Shown one piece after another: positions 26,902 to 39,300 of a DNA stretch of 64,000 nucleotides (positions are counted from its first letter, which is position 1; each line of letters starts with the position of its first letter). Made by a program: the position numbers and the translations under genes. The notes below the pieces were generated by a model. It searched no databases. It saw nothing but the letters and a program-made list of their open reading frames with translations, and had not been told where the DNA came from. This DNA is from Halocafeteria seosinensis (taxonomy: Eukaryota), in assembly GCA_001687465.1 (NCBI GenBank), contig LVLI01000043.1, positions 62,001-126,000 on the forward strand, given 5' to 3'.

Positions 26902-29700
26902 CTAGTACGTTCGTTCAGTGACGAACCACCCGAAGGAACGCAACATAATTTTAGAAAACGAGTCTTCAATGAGTGGATCGAGTTCGGCCCAGGCGTCCTC
27001 CACCATATCAATGGCTTGCTGTACGCATGCATCTAAAGCACCACACTCTTCCAACACGTTAATGCAATGAGTTATGGTCTCAGGATCACTTGGCTTTGCC
27101 TTGATGGTGGTCCACAAGTCTGTCATCTCTTCACGAGACAAGCGAGCCATCGCCTTTACAACTGGAATGGTGACTTTCCCTGCGGTTATATCCTCTCCTA
27201 GATTTTTCAGACGTACATCTTTAACACGATCAGCATCACCTGTTACCAAACCACGAAGGTTTAGGACATCATCCATCACTTGGAAAGCAACACCCACATT
27301 CTCAAAGTATTTCCCCACTGCCTCAACCTGTTCTTTCGTTCCTTTACCTGCTATTGCGCCCATTCGAGCGAGTGAGCCGGCGGGAACTGCCGTCTTCAAT
27401 CGATGTATAGCAAGAACACGTTGCTCGGGTAGCGCGGAATCACCGCGAGAGATGCAGTCATCCATCAGGTAATCAAGTCCCGCAATGTCTAAAGCTTGGC
27501 CCGCATGGCCCCCACGAAGAGCAGCGAAGTATAAATCGTACACCTCATTTAGCTCTTTGTCGGAGAGGCAATCGAGTTTCAGCATCTGTTGACTTTGGAA
27601 ATACGCCGCCGTTCCAGCGTTAATTGCTATCGATTCTCCATAGACCAAATGGCAGCTTTCAACTCCACGACGGACGCTGGACTTGTCTTGGATGTCATCT
27701 ACGATAAGAGATCCAACATGCATGAACTCAGGCATAGCCAGCCAGTGCAAAAAGCTGCGAGCATCCCCTCCCACGACGTCTATGCAAGCCAACGCTCCAT
27801 AACTTCTCCAAGATTTCCCACCCCGATCGCAAATATGTCGGACAGGAGCAATAATACCGTCATATATCTTATCGTAAGGAACACCTTCCATGTAGTGCTG
27901 AGTCTCGGGAGTAGCGACCAAACGAAGGGTCTCCTCGTAGTTCGGATTGTCTGGGTAAATTTCTTGCACCATCTGGCGAGTTTTCTTCCCGACAGCTTTA
28001 AAGAACGTATTAAGCTCCGACAATGGATTAAATCCGTTTCTTTCAATGAAACCTCTTCCAGTAACACGTTTACCATTCATTGTTCCCTGTACATCAACAC
28101 GGCCTTCCCAGAAAGCCGGCTTAGCAAGAATTGTAATAAACTCCTGATCGGCAAAAGGGGCAGTAAGGGTCAGGTCAACGCCAACTGGTTCAATGTTGAC
28201 TCTCCATTCGGTGGGATACTCGTTGAAACTTCTTACAGAGGTCCACCATTTTGTGCCTTCGAAAACAAGGTCTCGTGATTGAAGTCGTGCTCCTTGCGGG
28301 TCAATAATGATTGCTCTCGTTTCCATTACTTTCTGCGCTGTGCTTCGTGGGTCAACAAGCACTGCAAGAGACAGTTCATGATCATTGTCGAGCTGGATGG
28401 CTGCCCAATTCCAAGCATAGTTCGATACGGGAACAGTCTCTTCACTTCGATATCCACCGAATTCGTGGTCATACCAGCCAGTTCCCGAAGCAACTCGCCG
28501 AGACACACCATCTACTTGGAAGGACCCGGAAAGGGTGCAGCGAGGAATCAGGTAATAGTACATGTCATCTCCATCATGGCCCTTGACCACACCATCTGCT
28601 CCATGACGGACCGCAGGCTTAACCGGATCACAGACGAAATCAATGGCAGTATTTCCGTCCTCGGTGGATGCCTTCAATATATAACGCCCCTTTCTGTCTT
28701 TCTTAACAGATGCTGTTTCGAAACGAATGTTGAATTTGTTCTCGTTGCATTCGATTTCCTCCTTGAACATTCTGTCTGGCCTCGGAACGTTGCCCTTGTC
28801 AAAAATTTCTAAGTACGCACGGCGTAAACGCGGATCGCGAACCATGCGATCATCTTCCAATTGTTTTTTGACGATCTCCGGTGTGTCCCTGTCCACAAGG
28901 ACTTCTTGGTAGTACTTTTCGTTTTGAACATCAGTAAATCCAAAGTTCAGTGCGTGTGCGTAAGTCTTTTCCCCAGTCTTTTGATCAACCGTTTTCGCGA
29001 TCCTAAAGAAACAGACGAAGGCACTGTATTCATTCCCTTCGGTATCAGTGAAATGTGTGTTGTAGTACCACCACTCGGTGTAACTCGATTTGTGAGGTAA
29101 ATCATGCTTTACCAGATCAATGGGTCCAATATGTGGAGGCCAGTCAACACGTTCGGCGGGTTTCACGAACCCACGGAAGCTAGTGGTGTCCAACACTCGG
29201 CTTCCAATGGAAAGGAGATTTTTCAGGTAGTCATCCAGTTGCAGTCGCCTGAGATCAGCAAAATCCGGATGTACGCAGCAACCTCCAGAGGAGCTACTAT
29301 TTGACTCAGTATCGGATATGTCTTCGGGAGAAGAGTCTTGGAGAGTTTCTGGGTCATCCGGTTGTTCAGTTCGCCCAGTGGTCATCCCAGGGACGGAAAA
29401 TTGGGGAAGCTCATACTGGAACCACCGACGGTTTTGCAATTGCACACCGTCGCTAGAATTTAGTACACCGTACGCGTAAAGATCATCTTGTAGCACCTCG
29501 AAATCCTTGAAAGATCTCCAAACTTTCTGAGACGATCCATCCGATTTCTTCGACCGCACACAGAAAAGGACATCCTTCTGGTGGGAAGCTGGTTTATAAT
29601 CCACAACAGACACATCCGTGATGGAATATGTCATTTCATCATCTTCAGCGGGTGTGTAATCGAGAAGAGCATCCTTTCCAGCTCCAGGAATCGTTTGCCT
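26902..29700 (-). CDS. Fusion protein: PX domain + CrtC/AttH lipocalin-like module + trans-isoprenyl diphosphate synthase (GGPPS-like); 5' end uncertain
   Basis: One continuous frame: VWRSFKDFEVLQDDL...RRLQLDDYLKNLL...FRGFV (PX); TEWWYY, GTGWYDHEFG, WNWAAIQLDN, YPTEWRV, FWEGRVDV, GRGFIE (CrtC/Lipocalin_9); RGGKSWRS, LIVDDIQDKSSVRRG, AINAG, GQALD, LKT, AFQVMDDVLN, GEDITAGKVT (polyprenyl synthase). Confidence 0.88.
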   Translation of the reverse strand, partial: RQTIPGAGKDALLDYTPAEDDEMTYSITDVSVVDYKPASHQKDVLFCVRSKKSDGSSQKVWRSFKDFEVLQDDLYAYGVLNSSDGVQLQNRRWFQYELPQFSVPGMTTGRTEQPDDPETLQDSSPEDISDTESNSSSSGGCCVHPDFADLRRLQLDDYLKNLLSIGSRVLDTTSFRGFVKPAERVDWPPHIGPIDLVKHDLPHKSSYTEWWYYNTHFTDTEGNEYSAFVCFFRIAKTVDQKTGEKTYAHALNFGFTDVQNEKYYQEVLVDRDTPEIVKKQLEDDRMVRDPRLRRAYLEIFDKGNVPRPDRMFKEEIECNENKFNIRFETASVKKDRKGRYILKASTEDGNTAIDFVCDPVKPAVRHGADGVVKGHDGDDMYYYLIPRCTLSGSFQVDGVSRRVASGTGWYDHEFGGYRSEETVPVSNYAWNWAAIQLDNDHELSLAVLVDPRSTAQKVMETRAIIIDPQGARLQSRDLVFEGTKWWTSVRSFNEYPTEWRVNIEPVGVDLTLTAPFADQEFITILAKPAFWEGRVDVQGTMNGKRVTGRGFIERNGFNPLSELNTFFKAVGKKTRQMVQEIYPDNPNYEETLRLVATPETQHYMEGVPYDKIYDGIIAPVRHICDRGGKSWRSYGALACIDVVGGDARSFLHWLAMPEFMHVGSLIVDDIQDKSSVRRGVESCHLVYGESIAINAGTAAYFQSQQMLKLDCLSDKELNEVYDLYFAALRGGHAGQALDIAGLDYLMDDCISRGDSALPEQRVLAIHRLKTAVPAGSLARMGAIAGKGTKEQVEAVGKYFENVGVAFQVMDDVLNLRGLVTGDADRVKDVRLKNLGEDITAGKVTIPVVKAMARLSREEMTDLWTTIKAKPSDPETITHCINVLEECGALDACVQQAIDMVEDAWAELDPLIEDSFSKIMLRSFGWFVTERTY

Positions 29701-31189
29701 GTACAGATTGCACACGCAATAATCCAACGAGTTACCGTGACACAAATGCAGTCACATTTACGAAGCGTTTGTAAAAGGAGGGGGAATCAATTTCTGGTCC
29801 TTGACCCGCAATATTGTGCCTAGAGTCTACCAAAACAGACACTACATACCATACATGTATGGTAGAGGAAACTGAGAGATTCTACAGGAACCGACAAGGG
29901 CTTATTTGTCATCGTTGAACTCTCGTACAACAACATGGACGTAACGCGTTTGCACAGATTTCTGGGTCAGCCAGAATATCGAGCCATCAGCGCACAAGGC
30001 TTACTGGATAGAACTACCGTTCGAGCTGCTGGCGCGTTGTGGACGGTCCACCTATCTCCGCTTCCCTTGCTCCCCCCCGAGAAAATGATTTTTGTTGTTT
30101 TCTTTCTTTGTGTCCGCACCAACACTGCATTGTAGCAGCTTCTCGGTTTCTGGGGCATGCAGCGTATGTTTGCAACTAGGCAATCTGGCATACGCTGCTT
30201 ATAGAATGCAGCAGCAGCAGGGGAAAAAGGGCCCTCCCCGTCCCTTGGAATGGAGATCAGACCACCCATATGTACATGTACGTATAAAGATACACTCCTT
30301 GACCACATGCTTGGTGCCCACCGCGACGGATACGCATGGGCATGCGTATTAACAGACGCTGGAGTTTGCGTTTGGCCAAGCAGGGCTCCTACAGGCTCAC
30401 CATCCCAACCACAACCACAAAGTCTACTCCATGCGGCAAGAACTCCACACCGCACCCTATGAGAAGACGGAGCTTTGTTCACTTACATTCTCTTGTCCGC
30501 GTTCATCGTGTTGGAAGACACTTGAAGGGAGATCTTGCGCTCAATTGTCTCACAGTACCAGCTAACGTTATGCGGCTAAACAGACCAAGTGTGTGGTACC
30601 GGTAACAAGACACCAATCAAACTGCATTGTGATAAAATTCGGGGACCTCCCCAGTATTCCAGGCAATCTTTCCTTTGTGTGTGCTACTACGGAAAAGAAT
30701 TGATTGGCAGGAACGCCTTCGGTATTCGAAGTGCTTTCATCCAACATCCAAATGCAATCATTAATTATAATTCATATCAAACGGCATTGGATTGATTAAG
30801 GATTATCTCGAAGGAGTGGTTGTTGGTCAGACTCTGTCGAGTTCGCGTGCTTCTGTTTCGCAAAAATGGCAGATACTGTAAGGTGGTCACAATACCTTGC
30901 AAGGGCTACAATCCCAATGCGTTACCCCCGATGGCATTGCATCGTGACAATTTCTCGCCCCATTGCGCTATCTGGAACAAACTTTCATCGCCATCGGGGT
31001 CATCGGGGGCACAACTTTACAGGATTAAAGACAAAATTTAGTCGGACGAAAAAGAGATGAAGAAAGCCATTAACAGCGTCTAACTAATTAGAGCTTACTG
31101 GTATTGGTCCCCACTGCCCTAACAGACGTTGTCCGGCGCCTCTTCCCTGAGCAAGCGGGCAATGACTCTCGAGCACGTTGCCAAGGACA

Positions 31190-31510
31190 CATATACGACT
31201 AAAGTCTCGGGCATGCTGCAAAGGATAGCGTGCCACGCAAACGATCCGCCGTCATGACAGGGATAGCAGTGGAACTGGGGAACTACGTCCGCATGGCTCA
31301 AATGCCATTGCAGAGGTGCTCGTGGTACCAAAAGGCCCACGAGCACAGTGTAGGTCGATGCGACAGTGCGAAATCCGCTCACAGGGCAGGACAGCAGGGA
31401 AAGCCCTCATCGCGGCAGAATCCGAGAAGATGAAACGGACACAATACGGACAACTGAGGGATCACCACATGGAAAGTATTCCGTTCCGGGCAAATGACTT
31501 CGGTAACAAA
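31190..31510 (+). mobile_element. Decayed 3' fragment of an RLE-type (CRE/R2-like) non-LTR retrotransposon
   Basis: Across frameshifts and stops: ACCKG*RATQTIRRHDR/IAVELGNYVRMA ... VDATVRNP ... ALIAAESEKMKRTQYGQLRDHHMESIPFRANDFG. This is the Zn-knuckle/RHD, D-V-T and K-x2-KY...F-I-P-F...FG motif order of restriction-like endonucleases. Confidence 0.55.
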
Positions 31511-32002
31511 AGATCTAAAAGGGCCGCATGTTGGATGTTATGTTTGCTTATAGTCTTCCCGCTTCTCGCAGCGGAATAAGGTTGATCTGTCAGAGTTGGA
31601 TACTTGCCGTCCGCAAGTTGCGGAACCTTTTCCTTTAGTCGTCGTCGAGCTCGAAGAGGGTGCGAGGGACATTGCAAACTTTAGATAAACTGGTAAATCC
31701 TATTCGCGTTGAACGAATGCAGGCATAGGGGACGGGGAGCTAATGCTACTAAAGTTACAAGCATTTGTCTAGGGGCACGACATAAACCTCAGCGACTGCC
31801 GACGTCTGACCGCCACAGCTATAAGTGATATCAATGATACACCGGATAAATGCGAATGCTCTTCTCATAATAGTCCGGAATGCCATGGTATGGTTTTCTT
31901 CTTCTTCCTTTCTTCGTAGTTTGCTGTCCTACGCATCCTGCTGTGTTGGAGGCACTTGCCGGCTTGCTCTCTTGTTTCCCACATAGATTGTAGACTGTCT
32001 TC

Positions 32003-33091
32003 TCATCCGAACTTCGATTTGTATTTCTTGAGTCTTTGAGAGATAGATCCTTGGTTAGGTTTAGGTTTCTTAGTAGATCCTGCTGGGTTGGAAGTGGACT
32101 CTCGAGCCGAGGCCTGCGTTAGACTACAGGACGAAGACGGTTCCATGCCAGATGAATCCTCATTACTCGTCCTAACAAGAGAACATGCTGCGTAAAATGA
32201 AGAATGGCTCTCAGGTACAGAGCTCTCTCTTCCTTCGGCACCACTACATTGGTTGTCTCGTGAAGCCAAGGCGGTCGTTCCACGGGCAGACTTCATCCTC
32301 GTGCGAGATACGACATACTGGTTGTTCGTGTCTCTCGTCCGTTTTCTGGACAGCCTATTCGTTATGGAAGAAGAAGCTGATGTCGAAGAGGTGCATTGAC
32401 TTGCTATGCTAGTAGATATCGGGGCATCTTCCACAGTCTCGGAATCTGAATTGGAGGATGAAGTTTCGTCTTCTTCATCCTGGGATAACTTTTGGCTCGC
32501 ATTCATAAAGTGTTTTCGCAAGAACGGAAATGCTTTTGCAGACTTCTTCGCCGTCGTTCCATGTTCCTCCTCCTCCTCGTCATCATCATCATCCCAGTTC
32601 AATCCCTGATTCTCGGATGGTGGAGGAGCCGGTTGCGAGTTGGCTGAGGGCTCTTCTTCATCGTCCTGTTGCTCCACGGCATCCTTATCAATGCCCATCT
32701 GCACTTCTTCATTGTATTGCACATCCTCCAGAGGAGGCGTAGCCGTACGAGCATCATCCTCGTCCTCACTGTGAGGACGAGTTCTGCTATCGTTCTCACG
32801 CCTCCTCGTATGGTGGTGGCATGGAATCGTAGCTCTCGACGATGCGTTGTTTGTCTCGTACATATCAAGAATCCCGTCAGAATCCTCTTCTTCGTCGTCG
32901 TCGTCTTGCTGTTCGCCACTCGTCATTGTGTCATTTAGACCACCCTCGGGGTCAGGAGCTTGGGAACTAGGTTCCTCACCCTCCAAACGGCGATTGATCG
33001 CTTGTGCCGTTATCCAGTCCTCGTCTTCGCCATCGTCCACGTGGGTACTTAAAGAACCACCGGTATGAAATTGCGGGGCAGGGTCATCCAT
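32003..33091 (-). CDS. Uncharacterised acidic/Ser-rich disordered protein with basic C-terminus
   Basis: 370-codon ORF, first ATG at 33091 (MDDPAPQF). Poly-D/E tracts; NLS-like RKRTR and KKPK...RLKKYKSKFG. Confidence 0.7.
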   Translation of the reverse strand: MDDPAPQFHTGGSLSTHVDDGEDEDWITAQAINRRLEGEEPSSQAPDPEGGLNDTMTSGEQQDDDDEEEDSDGILDMYETNNASSRATIPCHHHTRRRENDSRTRPHSEDEDDARTATPPLEDVQYNEEVQMGIDKDAVEQQDDEEEPSANSQPAPPPSENQGLNWDDDDDEEEEEHGTTAKKSAKAFPFLRKHFMNASQKLSQDEEDETSSSNSDSETVEDAPISTSIASQCTSSTSASSSITNRLSRKRTRDTNNQYVVSRTRMKSARGTTALASRDNQCSGAEGRESSVPESHSSFYAACSLVRTSNEDSSGMEPSSSCSLTQASARESTSNPAGSTKKPKPNQGSISQRLKKYKSKFG

Positions 33092-33311
33092 GGTTATCAA
33101 ACTTCTCGCGGTCACTGAGGATAGACATGCAAAACTAACAACCCTTCTCGAGTTGTCGGAAGTGAAGTCGATATAACTTCGCTTCTACTTTATACGTCGG
33201 TGGAAGAAACAATTCCGCTACTAGAATATAATCGACTTTCAAAACGGCATAAGAGAAATAAAGTGTCACTCAGGTGTAATGTACGATTCATTCGTGGCTG
33301 TGTTTGGCTAT

Positions 33312-36300
33312 TTATGAAGTGAGTTCTTGAGATTCCAGCAGCGTTGACAATTCTGAACCTACATACGACCCATACTCTTGCAACTGTAAGGAGTAGCCTC
33401 GATGAATAGCATAGACGATAGAATGACCAATAAACCTAGCTAAGGCAAGCTGAAGTTTCGCATCAACTTCGGAAAACGTCGAGTCCTCAGTATGGGCAAG
33501 CTCTAGAATACCGACCGTAGCACCTCCAGATGGATCGACAATAGGCAGTATCATCATGGATCCTTTGGAAGCAACGTCTCTTTGAGGGTCTGCAAGAGAG
33601 TCCACAGTAACATCAGAGACAACTACTGGACGCTTTTCTGATATCGCCAATAGCCCCAGTGCCCCCACTATATTGGACAGTTTCACATTTTCTCTATTCC
33701 ACCCAAACAAATGCAGTCGAGACTCTACATTCTGCTTCATCGTCAACTTTTCAAAATATCTGCACACCGAGCGCAGGAAATTCGACCAAGTATCTTTCAA
33801 CCCGTCCTTCGGAGAGTGCTCCGCCAATGGTCGAGCATGGGTAGAGCCATAAACAAGCAGATGAGGTATTTGTGGCATCCGAGGAGGCTGAGCCGGGTGG
33901 TGGTCCGACGCTTCATCTTCATTCCGTGAGAGGGACTCACTCAGGTGGTAAGACCTCCAACAGACTTCTCCAATCAGTGAGCAAATTATACCATGCATAT
34001 CTCGGAACTTCCTTTGGACGTTGTCAGCCTTAGATAACGCTTCTTGTAACTGTTTCTTGGTCTCCAGCCGGATGCTTTCCGTCTTTGACGATTTCTGTTG
34101 CACAACAGATTCCAAATGCTCTACCTGTTCGGAGAGTCGGTTCTCCACCTCACCATGAGCTTGCCCGTAATTTGAAAGCGCTTGAATCATGTGGTGCAGG
34201 GGAAACGATATATCTAGTAACTGCATAGATCTCTTGATGACCGTTGAGATAGCAACCAGACAATTCTCGGTCAATTTCGCATTCTCTGACCGAAGTACAA
34301 CTACGGCAACCAATGCTTCCTTAGAGGCCGCACGATGAAGTCCGGAGAAAATTTTGGTTTCAGTCTGGTCTCTCGAGCGAGTGATGGGAACAAAAATGGA
34401 CGTCGTCCCCTTTTCTGTTTCCATTTGTTCGCAGGCACTTGCATCATCCAAATGTCCACTCAGTTCGTCGTATAAAAGCGGCGGCAAATCGTTCGCGGAC
34501 CCGTTGACCTGAAGTTGTTGCCAAAGCAATATAGCTTTACCAACAGTACGCCTAGTCTTTGAATTGACACTAGGGGGGTTCTGTCCGGTGTAGGTCGCTT
34601 CGATACTCTCGCTATCCTCACCGACATCCCCAAACGTTTCTTGTTCAGTGGTGCTGTGCACCTGCGCCACCATAACAATGTTTTTGATGCTCGCCATACC
34701 GTCATGAGGAGTCCGGCTACCCTGTACAGAGCCATGGCGATGACTTCGCAACTTGGAAGGAGTAAGCAAGTCAGTTGGGGTAGCACTTCCAAACGCGTTA
34801 CCCATTGTAGTTGGATGAGCCTCATTCTTCTCCGTAGACCCAGCAAAGATTCTTAACGAGAGAGCACCGAACCCCTCCATGAGATGAACACATACTCTCG
34901 TCAGAAGAGTATCATAAATATCCGATGAGCTCTGTTCCAATTCTGTCGGAGCCATTTCTTGAGCTGCGTTGGCCAAGTCATTTCCCTTGTGAATAATGCT
35001 TTGAATCGTCCACTGCAAAGAGTCATTGACTCGAGCTAACACTTGTTTATGCAGTTTTTCGGATTCTTCGTGTCGTTGCTTCTTCTTCTCAGTGATTTCT
35101 CCCTGCTGCAGCAACCTACCACTTAAGGCTGAAGTCACCTTGCCAACACTAGACGAGCATCTATCAATGTCACCCTGGACTCTAGACATAGATCGTTTCC
35201 CACTATAAACCAAGCTTTGATGCAATGCCTTCAACTGCTGTAACTCTCTGTTCAAACGAGATGTTACACGCTGAAATTTTCGAAGCTTATCCGACAGTTG
35301 CTTGTTAGACGCTTGTAGCCTCTGCCTCAATTTGTCAGCACTTTCATAGTGAGATTGTTCATTTCTTAGCTCACTTTGAAGTTCCTCAATCCGGGAGTTC
35401 AAAGAGTTCACTTCACTTGTATGACGATCTTCCAAGCGCTCCAGTTGGTCACTGTAGCTTTGTATTTTCTCGTCCGTACTATTCACAATCCTTTGATGCC
35501 GCTCCGACAGCTCATCCAATTCTTGTTGCAATGCAGATACTTCACTTTGGCGATGATATTCCTCATCTTTGAGGTTTTTTCTCAGTTTATTCGCCTTAAG
35601 AGTAGAAAAGACGACTAACATGCTCATCGTCGAACTTACCTGCTGCCTACCCCAGGACTGTTCCACAATATGGGTAAGTTTCTCCAGTCGACGCATCATC
35701 TCTGCTTTCCACAGCTGCGTATTGTGTTGCACAGCTCTAGTCACATATTCCTCGTTGCGTTCAATCTGGTTTCTCAGCGATGTAATCGCGGTCTCCTTTT
35801 GCTGTAGGGCATGGGCCTGCTGTACAAGCCGGGAATTGATTTCTTTCTCGCTCCATTCTGCTGAGCTAGGCTCAGCTCTGCCCTGAGACGGATTCTGCAA
35901 CGAGTATATCTGTTGGGTTGCCAGTCCTGCCAGCAATCCTACCCAATGGCTTAGTAGACCAGACCAACGCATAATCGCCCGCACAAAACCATCTGGTGCA
36001 CTTCTTCGACCCGTGCTAAAGCTTGGGCGACTTAGCGTTATTTGCAATATTGCAACAGTCTTTGTGCTGCCTGCTACGTGCGTCGTAAACGGGACGAAGA
36101 GCCTGGTACTTCGCTGGTGCTCTTCGCACACCGCCTTCTGGCTGTAAAAGCACTGCATAGCGTAACTCTCGCGGTGGCTATGTCCATGATCGACTCCCCT
36201 ATTGCACATTTCGTCAATACTGTAGTATGTTATCTCTCGGTTTTCGACACTGGTTTGAAACAACAAAAACTTGCATGTTTCATACCGGAACTCAGTGCCT

Positions 36301-39300
36301 AAATTTTCTAGTGCGTCATCACTCAAAGAGGATAGTTTTGCTTGGAGAAGTTTCTGAACAAGGGACCCAAATTCCTTCTCGGCGTTTTCCAAGGACGAGC
36401 CGATGCTCTCTAGCGAACTTGTATCATGAGCAACAAGCCGGCGAAGCAGACCTCGGACAGCTTTAACCGAACTCACTAATAGAGTATTTTGCAGCTGTGA
36501 CTGCTGAAGCTCTTCCTGCTTTTCACCATACTGCGCTTCCATTCTCTCCATTTCAGCGTTAAGCTCTTCAACCCGTCTCTTGTACCTCTCTGTTTCAGAG
36601 GTTAGCCGATTGTTCAGTTTCTGCATTTCATCTGCTTCCTGGCGGAAGCGGTCTACTTCCAAATTTGCCTGCGACAGCTGTTCTTCCGTATTGTCAATCC
36701 GGTCCTTATACTTATCAACTTGGGAACCCAAATTTTCCTTTTCCTCCGTCATGGTTCGTATAGTTTCCTGTAACTGTCGTTCACGCTCGCTGATTTCTTT
36801 GCACGTTGATTCCTTTTCCATAAGAATACCCTTATCCCTTTCAGTGAAAGCTTTCATTTGAGTTAAATTGTCTCTACACTCTTCCAAGTTCTTCGATGCG
36901 TCGTCGTACCAACCCTGTAGGACCGAATACTGCTGCCTCAGGACATCCAATTCGTGATCCCGCTTCTCCACGGCCACTTCCGATCTGCGTTCCGTATCTT
37001 CCAGATTGTGGACCTTGGACCGTAGTTCATTACGCTGCTGTACTAGTGTTTGCACCTGTGAGTCTAAACTATTAACTTTTTCTATGTTGTCCTTTATCGA
37101 TTGCTCCAGAGAGGCATTCCTCTGTCGCAGCTCGGATATCTTGGAGCAAGCGTCCTCGTAGTCACCCATTAGGTCTTCTTGGTCCTTGCTCATTTGAGCG
37201 TATTGCTTGCGAGAATCATCTAGCTGATTTGACACTTTCTGAAGCGCAGCCCTGAATCGCTGTATCTCTTCGTTCTTACCTCTCAATTCCTCTGAAAGGT
37301 CAGAAACCTCATTCCGGGATTGGTCCAAGTGAGTTCGCATATCCGTCGTGTGTTGTTCCAGCGAGTCCACTCTTTCACGAAGATACTTATTCTCTTGGAG
37401 CTTTTCTTCTTCCAAGTCCAGGTACCGTTGCTTGTTCTTCTCGGCAAAGGAGGACCAGCGCCCTACTTCAGCTGTGAGGTTTTCAATCCGTTGTTGCAAA
37501 CTATATTTTTCTTTTAAGGATGTATCCAGGGAGCTACTGAGCTCGGAGAGTTGCCCTCGAAGAGTTGAATTGAACGATGATAGTTGCTCTACTTCTCTCT
37601 TCACCTCGTCAATTTTCCTCGAGTACCCTTCCTTCATAGTCTGTATCGCGCATCTTTGCTCTGTAAATTCAAACAACTCCGAAGATAAGTCCTCGGCCAA
37701 CCGTGCCAACAGTGGTCTCCAGAACTCCGTGAGAGAGCCATTATCTTCAGAATAATCCAAAGTAGCGTATAATAAACAGCCTCCATAGACGCCTTCCCCG
37801 GGAACAATCCATGGTGTTGCAACCGCAAGGATAACCTCTTCATGGTTCTTTGGTTGCAGCGAGTAACATACGTTTCTGTCCTTGATCATCGAAACTTCTG
37901 TGGATTGTGAATGCAACGAGGATACCACAGAGCTTGCTATCTCCTCAAAGTAACAGGATGAGAGTTCCGAAGACGAGCGGAAATAAAGAGGAGCAATGGA
38001 CACTGAATTAAGTGACGTCGATATGCCACCCGCTTTTTCGACCACATCTGCAATTCTTTCATCGATTAAGTTCAAAGCGGAGAGTTCTGATATCGACACG
38101 GGCGACCTCCCACAAAACCGCAAGGGTAGTAGGCTCGATTGTGACATAGAGCAATGGAGTTCACTACAAAACGCATTGATACTCTCCTCTGCTTCAACAG
38201 AGGTATATGATCCGGTACTTAGCGACATATTCTTTCTTTCCGCTCTTCCCGTGTTCCTAATTTGACTTTTAATGCTTTGAATGCTATCAGCAAATTTCTG
38301 TGCTTGCTCCGTCGTAGCGGTGCTTTGGTGTCTAAGATTGTTGATCTCTTGACGCAGAACGTGGTTATCTTCCTCTTTCTTAACCGATTGAGTTATCTTG
38401 TTTTGGAAATAGTCTAACTGCTTCAATCCTAGTTCCACCAAATGCAGACAGCACTGACCCAACCAGCCTTGCAAGGATATAGAATGAGCAACACACAGTA
38501 TAGCAAACCGTCTGCTATGTTTGCAAGAAAACGGTAAAACTACTACTGCCGGGCCGTAAATGTTGACATCACCCTCTCGCACCTTCTGTTTGACTTCCTT
38601 GAACGATCCCGCGAACCAATAACCTGGAGACGCGTCATGCCCGTGGTTGCTTTGAATAACGCTAACAACGTTTTCCTTAGAGGAGAATGCGATTGCAGGC
38701 TCAATAGAACGCGGATCGCAAGCCGATTCTAGCGAGCTCCCAAAAAAGTCACGTGCTACTCTGTGAGCTGATCGCTCCACAGAATCACCCAGATCTAGTG
38801 CGATCTCTAACCCATGGTCTGTTGCTCGCCGTGTAAAGTGCACCCGAGACGCAAGATAGCTAAGACTACGAGAAAGTACTTCGGCAAGCTGTCGCCCGTG
38901 GAATTCGACTCTTGAGTCGTCAACCACGACATCTTCAGAAGAATCGGAAACACTAGTCTCGAATACATTTCGAGTGACATCCAAAACGTCGATCAGCATT
39001 TCCTTCTGGCATTCGGATACATTTTCCAATCGTTCCAGTCCTTGCCGAGAATTCGCTAAATCGGTGAGAAGATCCTGTTTTTCAGATTTTAAGTGGTCGA
39101 CATCATTCTGTAGGTTTCGAAGACTGCTCTCACTTTCATTTACCTGCCTTTCATACTCTGAACATTTATCCTGCAAATTCTGTATTTCTGATTGATTTCG
39201 GAGGTTTTTCCGACTGAGACTTTCCGTTGCAAACGATAGCGAGATAGCATGATCGTAGCAATTAATTAACCCTTGGCAAATGGTCGAAAGACCCGGATGT

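Noticed and set aside
27074..29304. Series of + strand ORFs (up to 229 aa) opposite the prenyl-synthase fusion
   Set aside because: Antisense shadows of a long coding sequence with no motifs; the same applies to the many short ORFs nested in the other large genes.
11509..29700. Terpene biosynthetic cluster linking the Nudix hydrolase and the prenyl synthase
   Set aside because: They lie 14 kb apart with housekeeping genes between; the Nudix looks ADP-ribose type, and no P450, cyclase or transporter neighbours are visible.
29967..30482. 171-aa minus-strand ORF upstream of the fusion gene
   Set aside because: Non-ATG start, no recognisable motif, and no convincing splice path into the fusion gene.
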